Shown one piece after another: positions 19,986 through 30,665 of a stretch of 64,000 bases of DNA. Position 1 is the stretch's first letter. Every line of letters begins with the position of its first letter. Source of the stretch: Thermoplasmatales archaeon SW_10_69_26 (GTDB lineage: Archaea; Thermoplasmatota; SW-10-69-26); the NCBI GenBank assembly GCA_003009755.1, contig PXUB01000022.1, positions 16,963-80,962 on the forward strand, written 5' to 3'. A model generated the notes under the pieces. It worked only from the letters and a program-made list of their open reading frames with translations, searched no databases and was not told where the DNA came from. The translations under genes were made by a program, and so were the position numbers.

Positions 19986-20413
19986 CGGTCGACGCAGGAC
20001 CGGTGGGCGCCGAGCACCCAAGCTACAGAGGCCCACAGGCCCAGAGGATCGACCTGGGCAGCGATACCCTCTGGAGGGGCCGGCGGACGAGGGGAAGACG
20101 ACGGACGATCTCGACCGGGCGAGCGGGCGACATGGTTCGACGATGGGTGCCTCGACACCCGACGATGAAAGGGGTCCCCACATGGGCTTCGTGGGCCGGT
20201 TCTCTCGACCCTCGCCCCCGGACGCCATAGCTACATCGTCGCCATCCTGGTCCACTCAGCGCTCTGGGCGGCCTCCGAGCCTCAGCCGGATGCCCGGCTC
20301 TGTGGCTCTGTGTCTCCGCGTCTCTGTGTGCCCAGCTCCCACCGCGCTCGCGGAGCCCCGCCGTTGGCCCGTTCCCCTCGGGATTGAAGAAGGACCCCCA
20401 CCGTGGCCTGGAC

Positions 20414-21787
20414 ATGTTCGACGGCGGGAGAGCGGCCGGGCTCGGCATCGTGCTCGTGGCTGCCGCGTTCGCGGGCTGCGCCGGCACCGGCCCCTCGGAC
20501 GCCGAGCACGCCCGGTCGATCGCCCGCGAGGCCGCCGACGGCCTCACCACGCCCGACGCCGCGAAGGCCGCCGGCTACGAACCCGATCCCTTCTGCGCCC
20601 CCGACGAAGGCGTGCACTGGATCGACCACGACCGCGTCGACGGCGAGCTCGATCCCACCGATCCCGAGGCGTTGGTCTTCCTGCCGACGACCGACGACAT
20701 CGAGAGCACCGCGCCCGGCGACCAGCGGTTCCTGGGCGTCGAGTACATCCAGGCCGTCGAGGATGCCGACGCCGAGGCGCCCAGCCTGATGGGCGTCCCG
20801 ATGAAGGGTCCGATGCCGGGCCACACGCCCGAGATGCCCCGCCACGCCGAGCTGCACGTCTACCAGGCCGACGAGGCCGACGCCTCCGACACCTTCGCAT
20901 CCAGCGTCGCCGGGATCGACTGCCCCGCCTCCACCACGCCCCCGGGCGTCCAGGACGAGGGCAACGGCGACACCCAGCGAGCGCAAACGGAGCCGGCCTC
21001 CTGCAGCGAGACGCTCGACGGCCAGCGCACCCACGACCACGCCCGCATCGAGCTGTACCTGGACAGCGAGCGCCCCTTCGACCTCTCCCCCGAACGCTAC
21101 CAGCTGGCCGACCGTAGCATCCACTTCGAGGCCGGCGACCGCGACGCCGGCGGAGCGATCGTGCACCTGCACGAGGGCGGCGCCACGATGGGCTGCATGC
21201 TCGAGGCCCTGGGCTGGAACGTCGACCACGATCGGCTGATCCTCGACGACGGCACCACGTACCAGACGACCGACGACACGCCCTTCGAGGTGTTCGTCGA
21301 CGGCTCACGCAGCCCCGACGGCTTCGACACCCGCCTCGAGCACGGACGAACCTACGTGCTCCGCTACAACAGCACCGCCGCGGTCTCACCCTGCCCGGAC
21401 GTCGGCGGGACCGCCGTGCACGAGCACGCCGAGCTCGACGTCCGGCTCAACAGCTCCGAGCCGTGGGACTTCTCCCCGTCCCGCTACCAGGACCAGTCCA
21501 GCGCGGTCCGCCTCGAGGACGGCTCGGCGGACGCCGACGGCGCCCGCATCCACGTCCACGAGGACCGCCCCTCGCTGGGCTGTTTGTTCGCCACGCTCGG
21601 CTGGGAGACCCACGAGCAGCGGATCGAGACCGACACCGGCGACATCTACGAGGCCGCCAACGGCACCGAGATCGAGGTCCTCGCCGACGGCGAGCCTCTG
21701 CAGGAGGGCTTCGATGCCCCGATCCAGCAGGCCAGGACCTACGAGATCCGCTACAACGCGACCCCGGCCAATGCCTCGGCCGAGTGA
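20414..21787 (+). CDS. Lipoprotein with tandem His-rich repeat domains
   Basis: Lipobox 'FAGC'; two copies of 'H.HA....L.....D.SP.RYQ...HxHE...GC....LGW'. Confidence 0.75.
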   Translation: MFDGGRAAGLGIVLVAAAFAGCAGTGPSDAEHARSIAREAADGLTTPDAAKAAGYEPDPFCAPDEGVHWIDHDRVDGELDPTDPEALVFLPTTDDIESTAPGDQRFLGVEYIQAVEDADAEAPSLMGVPMKGPMPGHTPEMPRHAELHVYQADEADASDTFASSVAGIDCPASTTPPGVQDEGNGDTQRAQTEPASCSETLDGQRTHDHARIELYLDSERPFDLSPERYQLADRSIHFEAGDRDAGGAIVHLHEGGATMGCMLEALGWNVDHDRLILDDGTTYQTTDDTPFEVFVDGSRSPDGFDTRLEHGRTYVLRYNSTAAVSPCPDVGGTAVHEHAELDVRLNSSEPWDFSPSRYQDQSSAVRLEDGSADADGARIHVHEDRPSLGCLFATLGWETHEQRIETDTGDIYEAANGTEIEVLADGEPLQEGFDAPIQQARTYEIRYNATPANASAE

Positions 21788-21887
21788 CGCTGGGCCCGGC
21801 CGGTCTCGAGAGTCTCTGCAGGGAGACGGAGATATCCGGGCCAGCATCTATGCCCGATCGCCGGGTCCAGTTTCCCCGGAGACCGCG

Positions 21888-22217
21888 ATGGAAGCGTTGC
21901 AGACGTGGGAGGAACGAGCCCTCTCGCAGGGCGCCCACCAAGAGGTGCGGATCCGCCCGATCCCCGAGGCCCACCTCGTCGACCTCGGCTACCGGCGCTC
22001 CCTTGGCACCCCCAAGGGCCAGCGCGCCGACTACCGCAAGCCGCTGGACGACGGCCGCGGCCTCCACGTCCGCGAGTACGAGGACCACATGCGCGTGCAC
22101 TGGGACCGGACCGCCCCCTCGGTGGACCTCGTGGGCCACCTCGTCGACGACGCGCGCGGCGTGACGCTGACCGGCGGCCTGACGCTTGTGGCCCTCCTCG
22201 TCTGGCCGCTGCTTTGA
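21888..22217 (+). CDS. Hypothetical protein with C-terminal TM
   Basis: Host-like codons; 'GLHVREYEDHMRVHWD..P...GHL' pattern. Confidence 0.6.
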   Translation: MEALQTWEERALSQGAHQEVRIRPIPEAHLVDLGYRRSLGTPKGQRADYRKPLDDGRGLHVREYEDHMRVHWDRTAPSVDLVGHLVDDARGVTLTGGLTLVALLVWPLL

Positions 22218-22291
22218 CTCGCGCGGCCGGCCGGGACCTCGGCCATTCTTGTCCCTCAACCGTGAAACCGCCACCGAGGGCTCGGCCGACC

Positions 22292-22711
22292 ATGGCTGCC
22301 CGCGAGCTCCGCCACGTCACACGGGAGACCCGCGAGGTCCTCGACCGATACCTGAGGGCGGCGATGGCCGCCGAAGACGCGCTCGACCTCTGCCTGGATG
22401 AGGATGGACCCGAGGGTGCCCAGGCCGCCGCGGTCTGCCGGGACGTCGCCGCCCTCGCCACGACGACGGCCCGACTGATGGCTCGAGGCTCGCCTCACCT
22501 CACCGGCGTGGCGGCAGCCTGCGCCGACGCGTGTTGGGTGGCCAACGACGCCCTCTCTCGGATCGACGCCGAGGAGCTGGACTGGTACGACGAGGTGTTC
22601 GGGCGGTGCGCCCACGCCTGCGAGACCCTCGCCGGGCAGGGCCCGGCCCGCGTCGACACCTCCGGAGACGTCCCCGACGAGGCCCCGCCCTGGTCGGGCG
22701 CCGGCGGCTAG
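22292..22711 (+). CDS. Four-helix-bundle Cys-containing protein (DUF326/Csp-like, Cys-depleted)
   Basis: 'CRDVAALA', 'ACADAC', 'RCAHAC' spacing. Confidence 0.55.
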   Translation: MAARELRHVTRETREVLDRYLRAAMAAEDALDLCLDEDGPEGAQAAAVCRDVAALATTTARLMARGSPHLTGVAAACADACWVANDALSRIDAEELDWYDEVFGRCAHACETLAGQGPARVDTSGDVPDEAPPWSGAGG

Positions 22712-22792
22712 GGAGACGATCGATCCCCCGCGGCGGCGGGCGAGGGAAACCCTCACGCCTTTCCCTCACCTCTCCTGTCGAGTCACGCAGCC

Positions 22793-24062
22793 GTGGACGA
22801 GAGCATCGTCGACAGCGACGAGACCCTGCGCCATCCGCTCACGGCGCTGACCCTCGTCGTGGCGTTGACGATCCCGTGGACCGTCGCCCGCCTGACGGGA
22901 GCCGCCGGCAGCCTGCCGACGGTCGCGGTGATCGCGCTCAGCGGCACCGCCGTGCTCGGCGCCGCCTTCGTGCTAACCTGGGCGGCCGAAACCGCCGAGA
23001 AGGACGTCCCGCGCGCCTTCGCGCTCGCCGTCCTCGCCGTCATCGCGGTGGCGCCCGAGTACGCCGTGGACGCGCTCTACGCCTGGGAAGCCGGCCTCGT
23101 CCCCGGCTCGCCGGCCTCGGAGGCCGCCGCCGACCTCGCCGTCGCCAACATGACCGGCGCCAACCGGATCCTGATCGGTCTCGGCTGGTCCGGCATCGCG
23201 CTGTACGCGATCTACCGCGCCATGAAGAACCCCGACCAGGCCGTCGAGCGCCGCGAGGGCCTGCTTACCGACCAGGTCCGCCTCAACGACCGGATCAGCA
23301 TCGAGCTGATCTTCCTCGCCATCGCGACGGTCTACGCCTTCTTCATCCCGTTCAACGACGGCATCGACGTCTTCGACGCCCTGTTCCTCGTCGGGCTGTA
23401 CGTCACCTACATCGCCGTCATCTTGAAGGGCGACGCCGGCGAGGAGACCCACCTGGGCGTCCCCGGCTACCTGCAAGGGTTAGCCCGGGGTCCACGCATC
23501 GCCTCCGTGCTGGCGCTGTTCGCCTTCTCCGCGTTCGTCATCCTGATCGCCGTCAAGCCCTTCGCCAAGGGCCTGGAGACGTTGGGGCCGATGATCGGGC
23601 TCTCCTCGTTCTTCATGATCCAGTGGGTCGCCCCGCTGGCCAGCGAGAGCCCCGAGTTCATCGCGACCGCCTACCTCGTCCGCAAGGCCCGCACCACCGC
23701 CTCGTTCAACACGCTGATCTCCTCGAAGCTGAACCAGTGGACGCTGCTCATCGGGACGCTGGTCATCGTCTACAGCTTCTCCCTGGGCTACTACGACTCC
23801 CTGTCCTTCAGCGCCCGCCAGGCCGGCGAGATTTGGCTGACGGCCGCCCAGAGCTTCTTCGCCGTCGTCCTCCTCGTCGACCTCACGATCAGCATCCCAC
23901 CCGTACTTCCACACCTACGAGGGCCTGCTCGTCGTCTCGGGCATCTACCTCGTCATCGGGCTGGGCCTGCTCGTGGCCCGCCTGGGCCACCTCCCGGACC
24001 TGTGGGCCAAAGCCCGAGATCACGCCAGCGAGGACCAGAGCTCGCCACCCCACGAAGGCTAA
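22793..24062 (+). pseudogene. Na+/Ca2+ (CaCA) antiporter with internal deletion/frameshift near 23896
   Basis: Alpha repeats 'AVAPEY..ANMTGAN' and 'SESPEF..LISSKLNQWTL'; last TM 'LLVVSGIYLVIGLGLLV' lies in another frame ending TAA 24062. Confidence 0.7.
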
Positions 24063-24117
24063 CCCGGCGAGTTCGACCCCACCTTGATGCCGGCTGAGCC
24101 CCTACGTCGAGGCAACC

Positions 24118-24789
24118 ATGGCCGAACGAACGCCCACGATCCACGTCTTCTTCGACTACGTGTGCCCGTACGCCTACATCGGCAAGCACCGGGCCGATGC
24201 CCTCCAGCGCGAGTACGACGTCGAGATCAACTACCTGCCCTGGGAGATCCATCCGAACGCCATCCCCGAGGGCCGCGAGATCGATCACGAGCCGCCCGAG
24301 GCCAGCCGAGACTACCTGCAGCGGCTCGCCGACGAGGTCGACACCGACATCGAGGGGCCCGACGTCTCGATCAACGCCAACCTGGCGCTACGCGGCGCCC
24401 TGTACGCCCGGGACCAGGGCGACGACGTCTTCCAAGCCTACCACAGCGAGGCCTTCGAGGCCGTCTGGAGCCGCGGCGAGAACCTCGGCGACCGCGACGT
24501 GCTCGCCGACGTGGTCGACGAGGCCGGCCTCGAGGTGGAGACCTTCTTCGAGCAGATCGACCACCACAGCTACCAGTGGCGGCTCGACCGCATCGACGAT
24601 GTCGCCCAGAACGACGTCGGCGTCACGCGCGTACCCACGTTCGTCTTCGGCGACCAGCGCATCGTCGGCAACGACCCCTTCGAGCCCTCCCTCAAGCGCC
24701 CCCTCGAGGCCCACCTCGAGCGCCGCAAGACGCTCGGCGAGGGGACCTCGACCCTCGAGGCCGATCTCGGCATCGGCCGTCTCGGCTAA
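24118..24789 (+). CDS. DsbA/FrnE-family thioredoxin-fold protein
   Basis: 'FDYVCPYAY', 'GVTRVPTF'. Confidence 0.85.
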   Translation: MAERTPTIHVFFDYVCPYAYIGKHRADALQREYDVEINYLPWEIHPNAIPEGREIDHEPPEASRDYLQRLADEVDTDIEGPDVSINANLALRGALYARDQGDDVFQAYHSEAFEAVWSRGENLGDRDVLADVVDEAGLEVETFFEQIDHHSYQWRLDRIDDVAQNDVGVTRVPTFVFGDQRIVGNDPFEPSLKRPLEAHLERRKTLGEGTSTLEADLGIGRLG

Positions 24790-25123
24790 GCGGCGCCGAG
24801 GTTGCCGACGGGCGGTCCGTGAGAGGTGAAGGGAACCGCGGGGCCCCACCAGGGACCCCGCGGGTGGTGGTGTCGTCGCCATCACGGGTGCCCGAGCCGA
24901 CGGCAGGCTGGCGGTCTCGCCAGCAGGCCGCTCCGCTCGAACCCCGCGCCAGCGCCGCCACCCCCGACCGTGGAGCCCGGCGCCCGCTGCGTGTGCGACG
25001 ACACCATCCCCAACTTCGTGCCCGGTCGGTATCAAGCATTGTGGTGGCGCGCGTGGAACCAGCCCCGAGCGCGCAGCTCGAGCCACGCGGAAGCCTTTAG
25101 GTCACCGTCGCCTTGCTGGACGC

Positions 25124-26392
25124 GTGACGGGGACCAGCGTCATCATCGGCGCCCAGTACGGCGACGAGGGCAAGGGCAAGATCACCGACGTCCTGGCCGC
25201 GGACGCGGACGTCGTCGCCCGGTTCCAGGGCGGCAACAACGCCGGCCACACCGTCGTCGTCGGGAACACCGAGCACAGCCTGCACCTGGTGCCCTCCGGC
25301 ATCCTCCGCGAGGACGTGACCGCCGTCCTCGGCAACGGGACCGTGATCGACCCGGTGGCGCTCGTCGAGGAGATCGAGGGCCTGCAAGCAGACGACGCGC
25401 TCAGCGGCGAGCTCGTCGTCGCCGACAACGCCCACGTCGTCTTCCCCCACCACCGCGAGCTCGACGCCGCCCACGAGGAGGGCGAGGACGCGATCGGGAC
25501 CACCAAGCGCGGCATCGGGCCCACCTACGCCTCCAAGATGTCCCGCTTCAACGCCCGCATCGGCGACCTCGTCCGCTCCGGGCCCGACGGCGGGACGATG
25601 GAGCGCGCCCTGCGCGGCCTCGAACGCCGCTGCAAGGCCGAGGGCGTCGAGGCGCCCAGTCGCGACGAGATCCGCGAGTGGTTCGACAGCTGGCGCGACA
25701 CGCTGGCGCCCCACATCGACAACGCCAGCGCCCGCCTGCTGGATGCCGCCGAGGGCGATCAGACCCTCGTCCTCGAGGGCGCCCAGGGCTCCCTGCTCGA
25801 CATCGACCACGGCACCTACCCCTTCGTCACCTCCAGCTCGACGACCGCCGGCGGCGCCGCCACCGGCACCGGGCTGCCCCCGACCGCCATCGACGAGGTC
25901 GTCGGCATCGCCAAGGCCTACGTCTCCCGCGTCGGCGACGGCCCGTTCCCGACCGAGCTCGACGACGAGGTGGCCGACCACTTGGTCGAGGTCGGCAACG
26001 AGTACGGCACCACGACCGGGCGCCGACGCCGCGTCGGCTGGCTGGACCTCGTGTCCCTGCGATGGACGGCCCGCGTCAACGGGTTCACCAGCCTCGCGTT
26101 GACGAACGTCGACGTGCTCGAGGGCCTCGACGAGGTCAAGGTCTGCACCGCCTACGAGCTCGACGGCGAACGCCGCACGCGCCCGCCGCCGTCCGCCAGC
26201 CAACTGGCCGAGGCCCAGCCCGTGCTCGAGGCGATCGAGGGCACCTTTGCCGACGCCGGCGAGGCCGACGCCTTCCGCGAGCTGCCGCCGGGCGCGCAGA
26301 ACCTCGTCGAGCGCGTCGAGGAAGCCATCGACGTGCCCGTCGACATCGTCTCCAACGGTCCCCACCGCCGGGACACGATCGACCGTACGTGA
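25124..26392 (+). CDS. purA: Adenylosuccinate synthetase
   Basis: 'GDEGKGK', 'GGNNAGHT', 'GTTKRGIGP', 'GTYPFVTSS', 'GTTTGRRRRVGW'. Confidence 0.97.
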   Translation: MTGTSVIIGAQYGDEGKGKITDVLAADADVVARFQGGNNAGHTVVVGNTEHSLHLVPSGILREDVTAVLGNGTVIDPVALVEEIEGLQADDALSGELVVADNAHVVFPHHRELDAAHEEGEDAIGTTKRGIGPTYASKMSRFNARIGDLVRSGPDGGTMERALRGLERRCKAEGVEAPSRDEIREWFDSWRDTLAPHIDNASARLLDAAEGDQTLVLEGAQGSLLDIDHGTYPFVTSSSTTAGGAATGTGLPPTAIDEVVGIAKAYVSRVGDGPFPTELDDEVADHLVEVGNEYGTTTGRRRRVGWLDLVSLRWTARVNGFTSLALTNVDVLEGLDEVKVCTAYELDGERRTRPPPSASQLAEAQPVLEAIEGTFADAGEADAFRELPPGAQNLVERVEEAIDVPVDIVSNGPHRRDTIDRT

Positions 26393-26414
26393 GCGAGCCG
26401 CGCGCGGGGAGCCC

Positions 26415-26700
26415 CCGCGCTTGGATGAGGCTGTGTCACGGTCGTGACAGGCCACCCTTGATGAGGGGCTAGATATAGCGGGGGGTCAGCGGGAGACGTC
26501 AGGCGCCGCACGTCCGCTCAGCCCCCCACCCTTTCCCCCCGCGGCACCGATCGGCTTTCCCCCGCCGAAGCCCTGGCGTCTTCCCCTTCTCCCTCTCGTC
26601 GACCAGGGTCGGTGCCGGCACCTCAGCATCTAGGAGACGCGGAGGGGTTGAGGGTCTGTCCATCCGCCGGGAAGCGTGGGATTCATGCCGACACGGGGTG
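26415..26700 (-). ncRNA. Candidate structured ncRNA divergent from gar1
   Basis: Nested long stems, no credible ORF, minus-strand TTTAAG TATA at ~26725-26730. Confidence 0.4.
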
Positions 26701-26786
26701 AACCTTTTGTACAGCGGCAAAATGCTTAAATACAACCTGTTTCTTATGTTAAAGATACCCCGAACCGTCCCCGGGCGAGCCCTCTC

Positions 26787-27050
26787 ATGTCCACACACAC
26801 CACCCGTGACCTGCCCCCTGTCGGCACCGTGCTACGCCCTGCCCCCGACGGCGACCTGCTCGTCGAATCCGACGGCGAGCCGGTCGAACCGGGCACGCGG
26901 TGCGAGACCGACAGCGGCCGGATCGCAGGAACCGTGGAGGACGTGATCGGGCCCGTCGACCAACCCTTCCTCGTGGTCTCCCTCCCGGGAGATGCCGAGG
27001 GAGCCTCTGATCTCGAAGAGCTCGCCGGTACGCGGCTCTACCCAAGGTGA
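26787..27050 (+). CDS. gar1: H/ACA RNP subunit Gar1/Naf1
   Basis: '[14 protein letters not shown]' motif; conserved gar1-tfb adjacency. Confidence 0.8.
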   Translation: MSTHTTRDLPPVGTVLRPAPDGDLLVESDGEPVEPGTRCETDSGRIAGTVEDVIGPVDQPFLVVSLPGDAEGASDLEELAGTRLYPR

Positions 27051-27054
27051 TACC

Positions 27055-28002
27055 ATGAGCCAAGAAGAGCAACCCGCTGACATGGACGACGTCGAGGAGA
27101 TCAACGAGTGCCCGGAATGCGGATCCGAGCACCTCACCCAGGACTACGAGCGAGGTGAGCTGATCTGCGAGACGTGTGGCCTCGTCCTCGACGAGACGTA
27201 CATCGACCAAGGGCCCGAGTGGCGGGCCTTCGACGCCGAGCAGCGGGAGAAACGCGCACGCGTCGGTGCGCCGATGACGTACACGATCCACGACAAGGGC
27301 CTGTCGACCGAGATCGGCTGGCGTAACAAGGACTCCTACGGGAAGAACATCCCCACGAAGTCCCGCGCCCAGCTGTACCGGCTGCGTAAGTGGCAACGCC
27401 GCATCCGCGTCTCCAACGCCACCGAGCGCAACCTCGCCTTCGCTCTGTCCGAGCTGGACCGCATGGCCTCGCGGATGGGGCTCCCGCGCAACGTGCGCGA
27501 GACCGCCGCGATGATCTACCGCCGCGCCGTCCAGAAGAACCTGATCCGCGGCCGCTCGATCGAGGGCGTCGCCGCCGCGAGCCTGTACGCTGCCTGCCGG
27601 CAGTGCAACGTGCCGCGCACCCTCGACGAGATCGCCGAGGCCTCGCGCGTCTCGCGCAAGGAGATCGGCCGCACCTACCGGTTCATCGCCCGCGAGCTCA
27701 AGCTCAAGCTGTTGCCCACGAGCCCGACGGACTACATCCCGCGGTTCTGCAGCGAGCTCAAGCTCTCTGGCGAGATCCAGGCCAAGGCGGTCGAGATCCT
27801 CAAGCAGGCGGCCGACAAGGAGCTCACCAGCGGCCGAGGCCCCACCGGCGTCGCCGCCGCGGCCCTCTACATCGCCTCGATCCTGTGCGGTGAGCGCCGC
27901 ACGCAGCGCGAGGTCGCCGACGTCGCCGGCGTGACCGAAGTGACGATTCGGAACCGCTACAAGGAATTGGCTGAGAAGCTGGACATTGACATCATCCTGT
28001 AG
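27055..28002 (+). CDS. tfb: Transcription initiation factor IIB
   Basis: Zn ribbon 'CPECG..C..CG', 'GPEWRAF', two cyclin repeats, '[13 protein letters not shown]'. Confidence 0.98.
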   Translation: MSQEEQPADMDDVEEINECPECGSEHLTQDYERGELICETCGLVLDETYIDQGPEWRAFDAEQREKRARVGAPMTYTIHDKGLSTEIGWRNKDSYGKNIPTKSRAQLYRLRKWQRRIRVSNATERNLAFALSELDRMASRMGLPRNVRETAAMIYRRAVQKNLIRGRSIEGVAAASLYAACRQCNVPRTLDEIAEASRVSRKEIGRTYRFIARELKLKLLPTSPTDYIPRFCSELKLSGEIQAKAVEILKQAADKELTSGRGPTGVAAAALYIASILCGERRTQREVADVAGVTEVTIRNRYKELAEKLDIDIIL

Positions 28003-28168
28003 AGGGATCACAGCTTCGAAGCCTCGGCGGTAGCGGTTCCGAAGAGTACGGGTCCGTCAGGACCCGTACGAATCTGGAGACGACCAGGGTCAGCCGTGTC
28101 AAGGTCGTCTCCAGAGTAACCGCTACAAGGAATTGGCTGAGAAGCTGGACATCGACATCATCCTGTAA
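27952..28168 (+). repeat. 51-bp direct repeat of the tfb 3' end (27952-28002 and 28118-28168)
   Basis: Identical except ATT/ATC and TAG/TAA; spacer holds two inverted repeats. Confidence 0.92.
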
Positions 28169-28200
28169 GCGCGACGACGACCGCACGCGCTTGCAGGAGA

Positions 28201-28241
28201 GTACGAACGGCGCGACGTCCACGAGCGCGCGCCGTTCGTAC
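28201..28241. terminator. Inverted repeat/possible terminator
   Basis: GTACGAACGGCGCG ... CGCGCCGTTCGTAC, 14-bp stem. Confidence 0.45.
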
Positions 28242-28575
28242 GAATCGCCAGCGTCGTTAGCCCGGGAGCTACCGTGCGGGCTCGACGCTGGCGAGAGCCC
28301 GAACCGGCACCGGAGGCACGGTTCGGGCGAATCGCGGGCATCGCTAGCTCGGTCGATACCGTGCGAGATCGATGCTCGCGCCTTGGTTCTCCTCGTCACC
28401 GGGCCCGCATCGTCGGCCAACGACGGTTCTCGCAGTGGTCGGCACCCCTGGCCTGGCGGGCAGTCCCCACCGGGCGGAGTGAGGTCGGGGCCGAGGACGC
28501 GTCATCGGTCGGCGATCGGCACCTCCACGTTCCCGGCGGAGAGAGCTTAACGGTGAGCCCGCCGGCACGGGAACC

Positions 28576-28881
28576 GTGGACATCGCCATCCTCTCGCTTC
28601 ACGTGGAGATGTGGATCGCCGTAACGGGCAGCATCACGCTGGCGGTGTTCAGTGGCATCTTCGCCGCGCTCGGTTACGGCGTCCACGAGATCCGTAAGGT
28701 CAGGAACCTCATCCACGAACGGAAGATCGAGCACGAGTCGCTGCGTCGAGAGATCGAAGGCGAGCTGGCCATCCGAGATCTGGAAGAGCCACCGGGCGAG
28801 CCGAACGTTGAAGATGGAGGAGCAACAACCGTAGGGGGAGATGGTCCCCCGCCCGAGGGGGACGACAGCGAGGGTCCCTGA
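28576..28881 (+). CDS. Small membrane protein
   Basis: One N-terminal TM and an acidic tail; coupled to the next ORF. Confidence 0.5.
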   Translation: MDIAILSLHVEMWIAVTGSITLAVFSGIFAALGYGVHEIRKVRNLIHERKIEHESLRREIEGELAIRDLEEPPGEPNVEDGGATTVGGDGPPPEGDDSEGP

Positions 28882-29084
28882 TGGCGTACCGGTTGCAACG
28901 AGAGGAGTTGGACCGGGTCCGCGAGCTCCTCGACCAACTGCGTCGGCGGGAGGGTTTCGGGGAACGTGAGCGACAGGAGCTGCGGTCGCTCCTTTCCAAA
29001 CGAGATGCTCGCGTCGAGTCCATGCGTCTCCACACGCTCGTCCGCTTCGCGAAGAAGCTCCTCGATCAGCGCGAAGCAAGATAG
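28881..29084 (+). CDS. Small basic helical protein
   Basis: TGATG coupling with the upstream ORF. Confidence 0.45.
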   Translation: MAYRLQREELDRVRELLDQLRRREGFGERERQELRSLLSKRDARVESMRLHTLVRFAKKLLDQREAR

Positions 29085-29167
29085 AAGCGGACCGTCAGCT
29101 CCATCCCAGGCCGCCAGCGGGCCACCGCCTGGCCTGCCAGCCCGCAGGCCGTCCATCCGCGTCCTGG

Positions 29168-29473
29168 TCATCTTCCGGTCTTGATCCCCGCCACGCCTTG
29201 ACGTCCGTGAAAGTCGGCTCCTCGGTGCAAAGCGGGTAGAGCGTGTCGACGAAGGCCTCGACGTGGTCGCTGGTGCGGGGGGCCTCCTTGGCGGCTTCGT
29301 TCTCGAACGCCATCACGTGGGTGAACCGGGTCGGCGTCTGCTGATCCTGGTAGGAGGTGTAGGTGAGGGGTCCCCGGCTCCTCCTCGACCGCGTCGACGA
29401 ACGTGCGGATGGCAGCCACCGCCTCGTCGATCGCCTCCCCCCGGACCTCGAAGCGGGCGATCTTCCGGATCAC
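29168..29473 (-). pseudogene. ABM (antibiotic biosynthesis monooxygenase) family pseudogene
   Basis: 'EEEPGT|LTYTSYQ...RFTHVMAFENEAAKEA.RTSDHV' split over frames. Confidence 0.65.
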
Positions 29474-29607
29474 ACCGCCGGGGATGGCAGAGCCGGTGGG
29501 AGAAGCTTGCCCCCGACGCAGACATGCGCCTCTTCGCGAGGCCCGCGAGCGGAGAGCCGGAGACGTCGAACGCTGGCCCTTTCCCGGGGTCGATGCAATG
29601 TCGGCGC

Positions 29608-30560
29608 GTGGACGGCCAGGCCTCCCGCTCCGTCGCCATCGTCGGCGCCAACCGTCCCCTTCGCTCGACAGAACACCGCCTACCACGACCTGTCGAACCA
29701 GGAGATGCCGACCGACACCCTGCAAGGCCTCGTCGACCGCTGCGGGCTCGAGGGCGAGCGCCTGGGGGAGGTCGCCGGCGGCACCGTGATGAAGCACGCC
29801 CGCGATTTCAACCTCGTCCGCGAGTCCGTGCTCGGGACGACCCTGGACCCGCACACCCCGGCCTACGACGTCCAGCAGGCTTGCGGGACAGGGCTCGAGA
29901 CGGCGGTCCTCGTGGCCAACAAGATCGAGCTCGGACAGATCGAGGTAGCCGTCGCCTGCGGCACGGACACGACCAGCGACATGCTGGTCAGCGTCAGCGA
30001 GGACAGCAGCGGGCCCTGATGGACCTCGCCGACGCGAAGGGTCCACGACAGCAGCTGAAGGCGCTCGCGGGCGTGTTGAACCCGGCCCACCGCCTCCCGG
30101 AGATCCCCGAGAACGCCGAGCCACGCACCGGCATGTCGATGGGCGAGCACGCCCAGCGCACCGCCGACGGCTACGGCATCACGCAAGAGGAGATGGGCGA
30201 GCTCGCCGTCGCCAGCCACCACAACCTGGCCGAGGGCTACGACGAGGGCTTCTTCGACGATCTGGTGATGCCCTACGAGGGCCCGGCACGCTCACGGCCG
30301 CCAACTCCTCGCCGCTCACCGACGGCGCCAGCTCGGTGCTGCTCGCCAGCCAGGCCTGGGCCGAGGAGCACGACCGGCCGGTGTGGGCCTGCCTCGTCGA
30401 CGCCGAGACCGGCGCCAGCGACTACGTCGACGGCGAGGGGGGCCTGCTGATGGCGCCCGCGCTCGACGCCGTGCCCCGGCTGCTCGAGCGCAACGACCTC
30501 ACGCTGGAGAGCTTCACCCTCGTCGAGGTCCACGAGGCCTTCGCCAGCGTCGTCCTCTGT
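29608..30560 (+). pseudogene. Acetyl-CoA acyltransferase (thiolase) pseudogene
   Basis: 'QQACGTGLE', 'MSMGEHA', 'ANSSPLTDGAS', 'EVHEAFAS' in different frames, with deletions and a truncated C-terminus. Confidence 0.85.
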
Positions 30561-30665
30561 CCCCGCGATCCTCGAAGCCAAGGGCCAGGCCCGCCGCTCC
30601 GCCGCGCCCGCCGCGGCCCGCTCGCGACCCCCACATTCTTCTCCCCGACCCTCCTCGCCTCGCTG

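Noticed and set aside
26390-26700. RNase P RNA, SRP RNA or group II intron domain V
   Set aside because: No GAGGAAAGUCC/P4 partner, no SRP helix-8 motif, and the GAGCCG hairpin lacks domain V geometry; kept only as an unassigned candidate.
27952-28168. DGR variable/template repeat pair
   Set aside because: Only two silent differences, not consistently at adenines on one strand, and no reverse transcriptase nearby.
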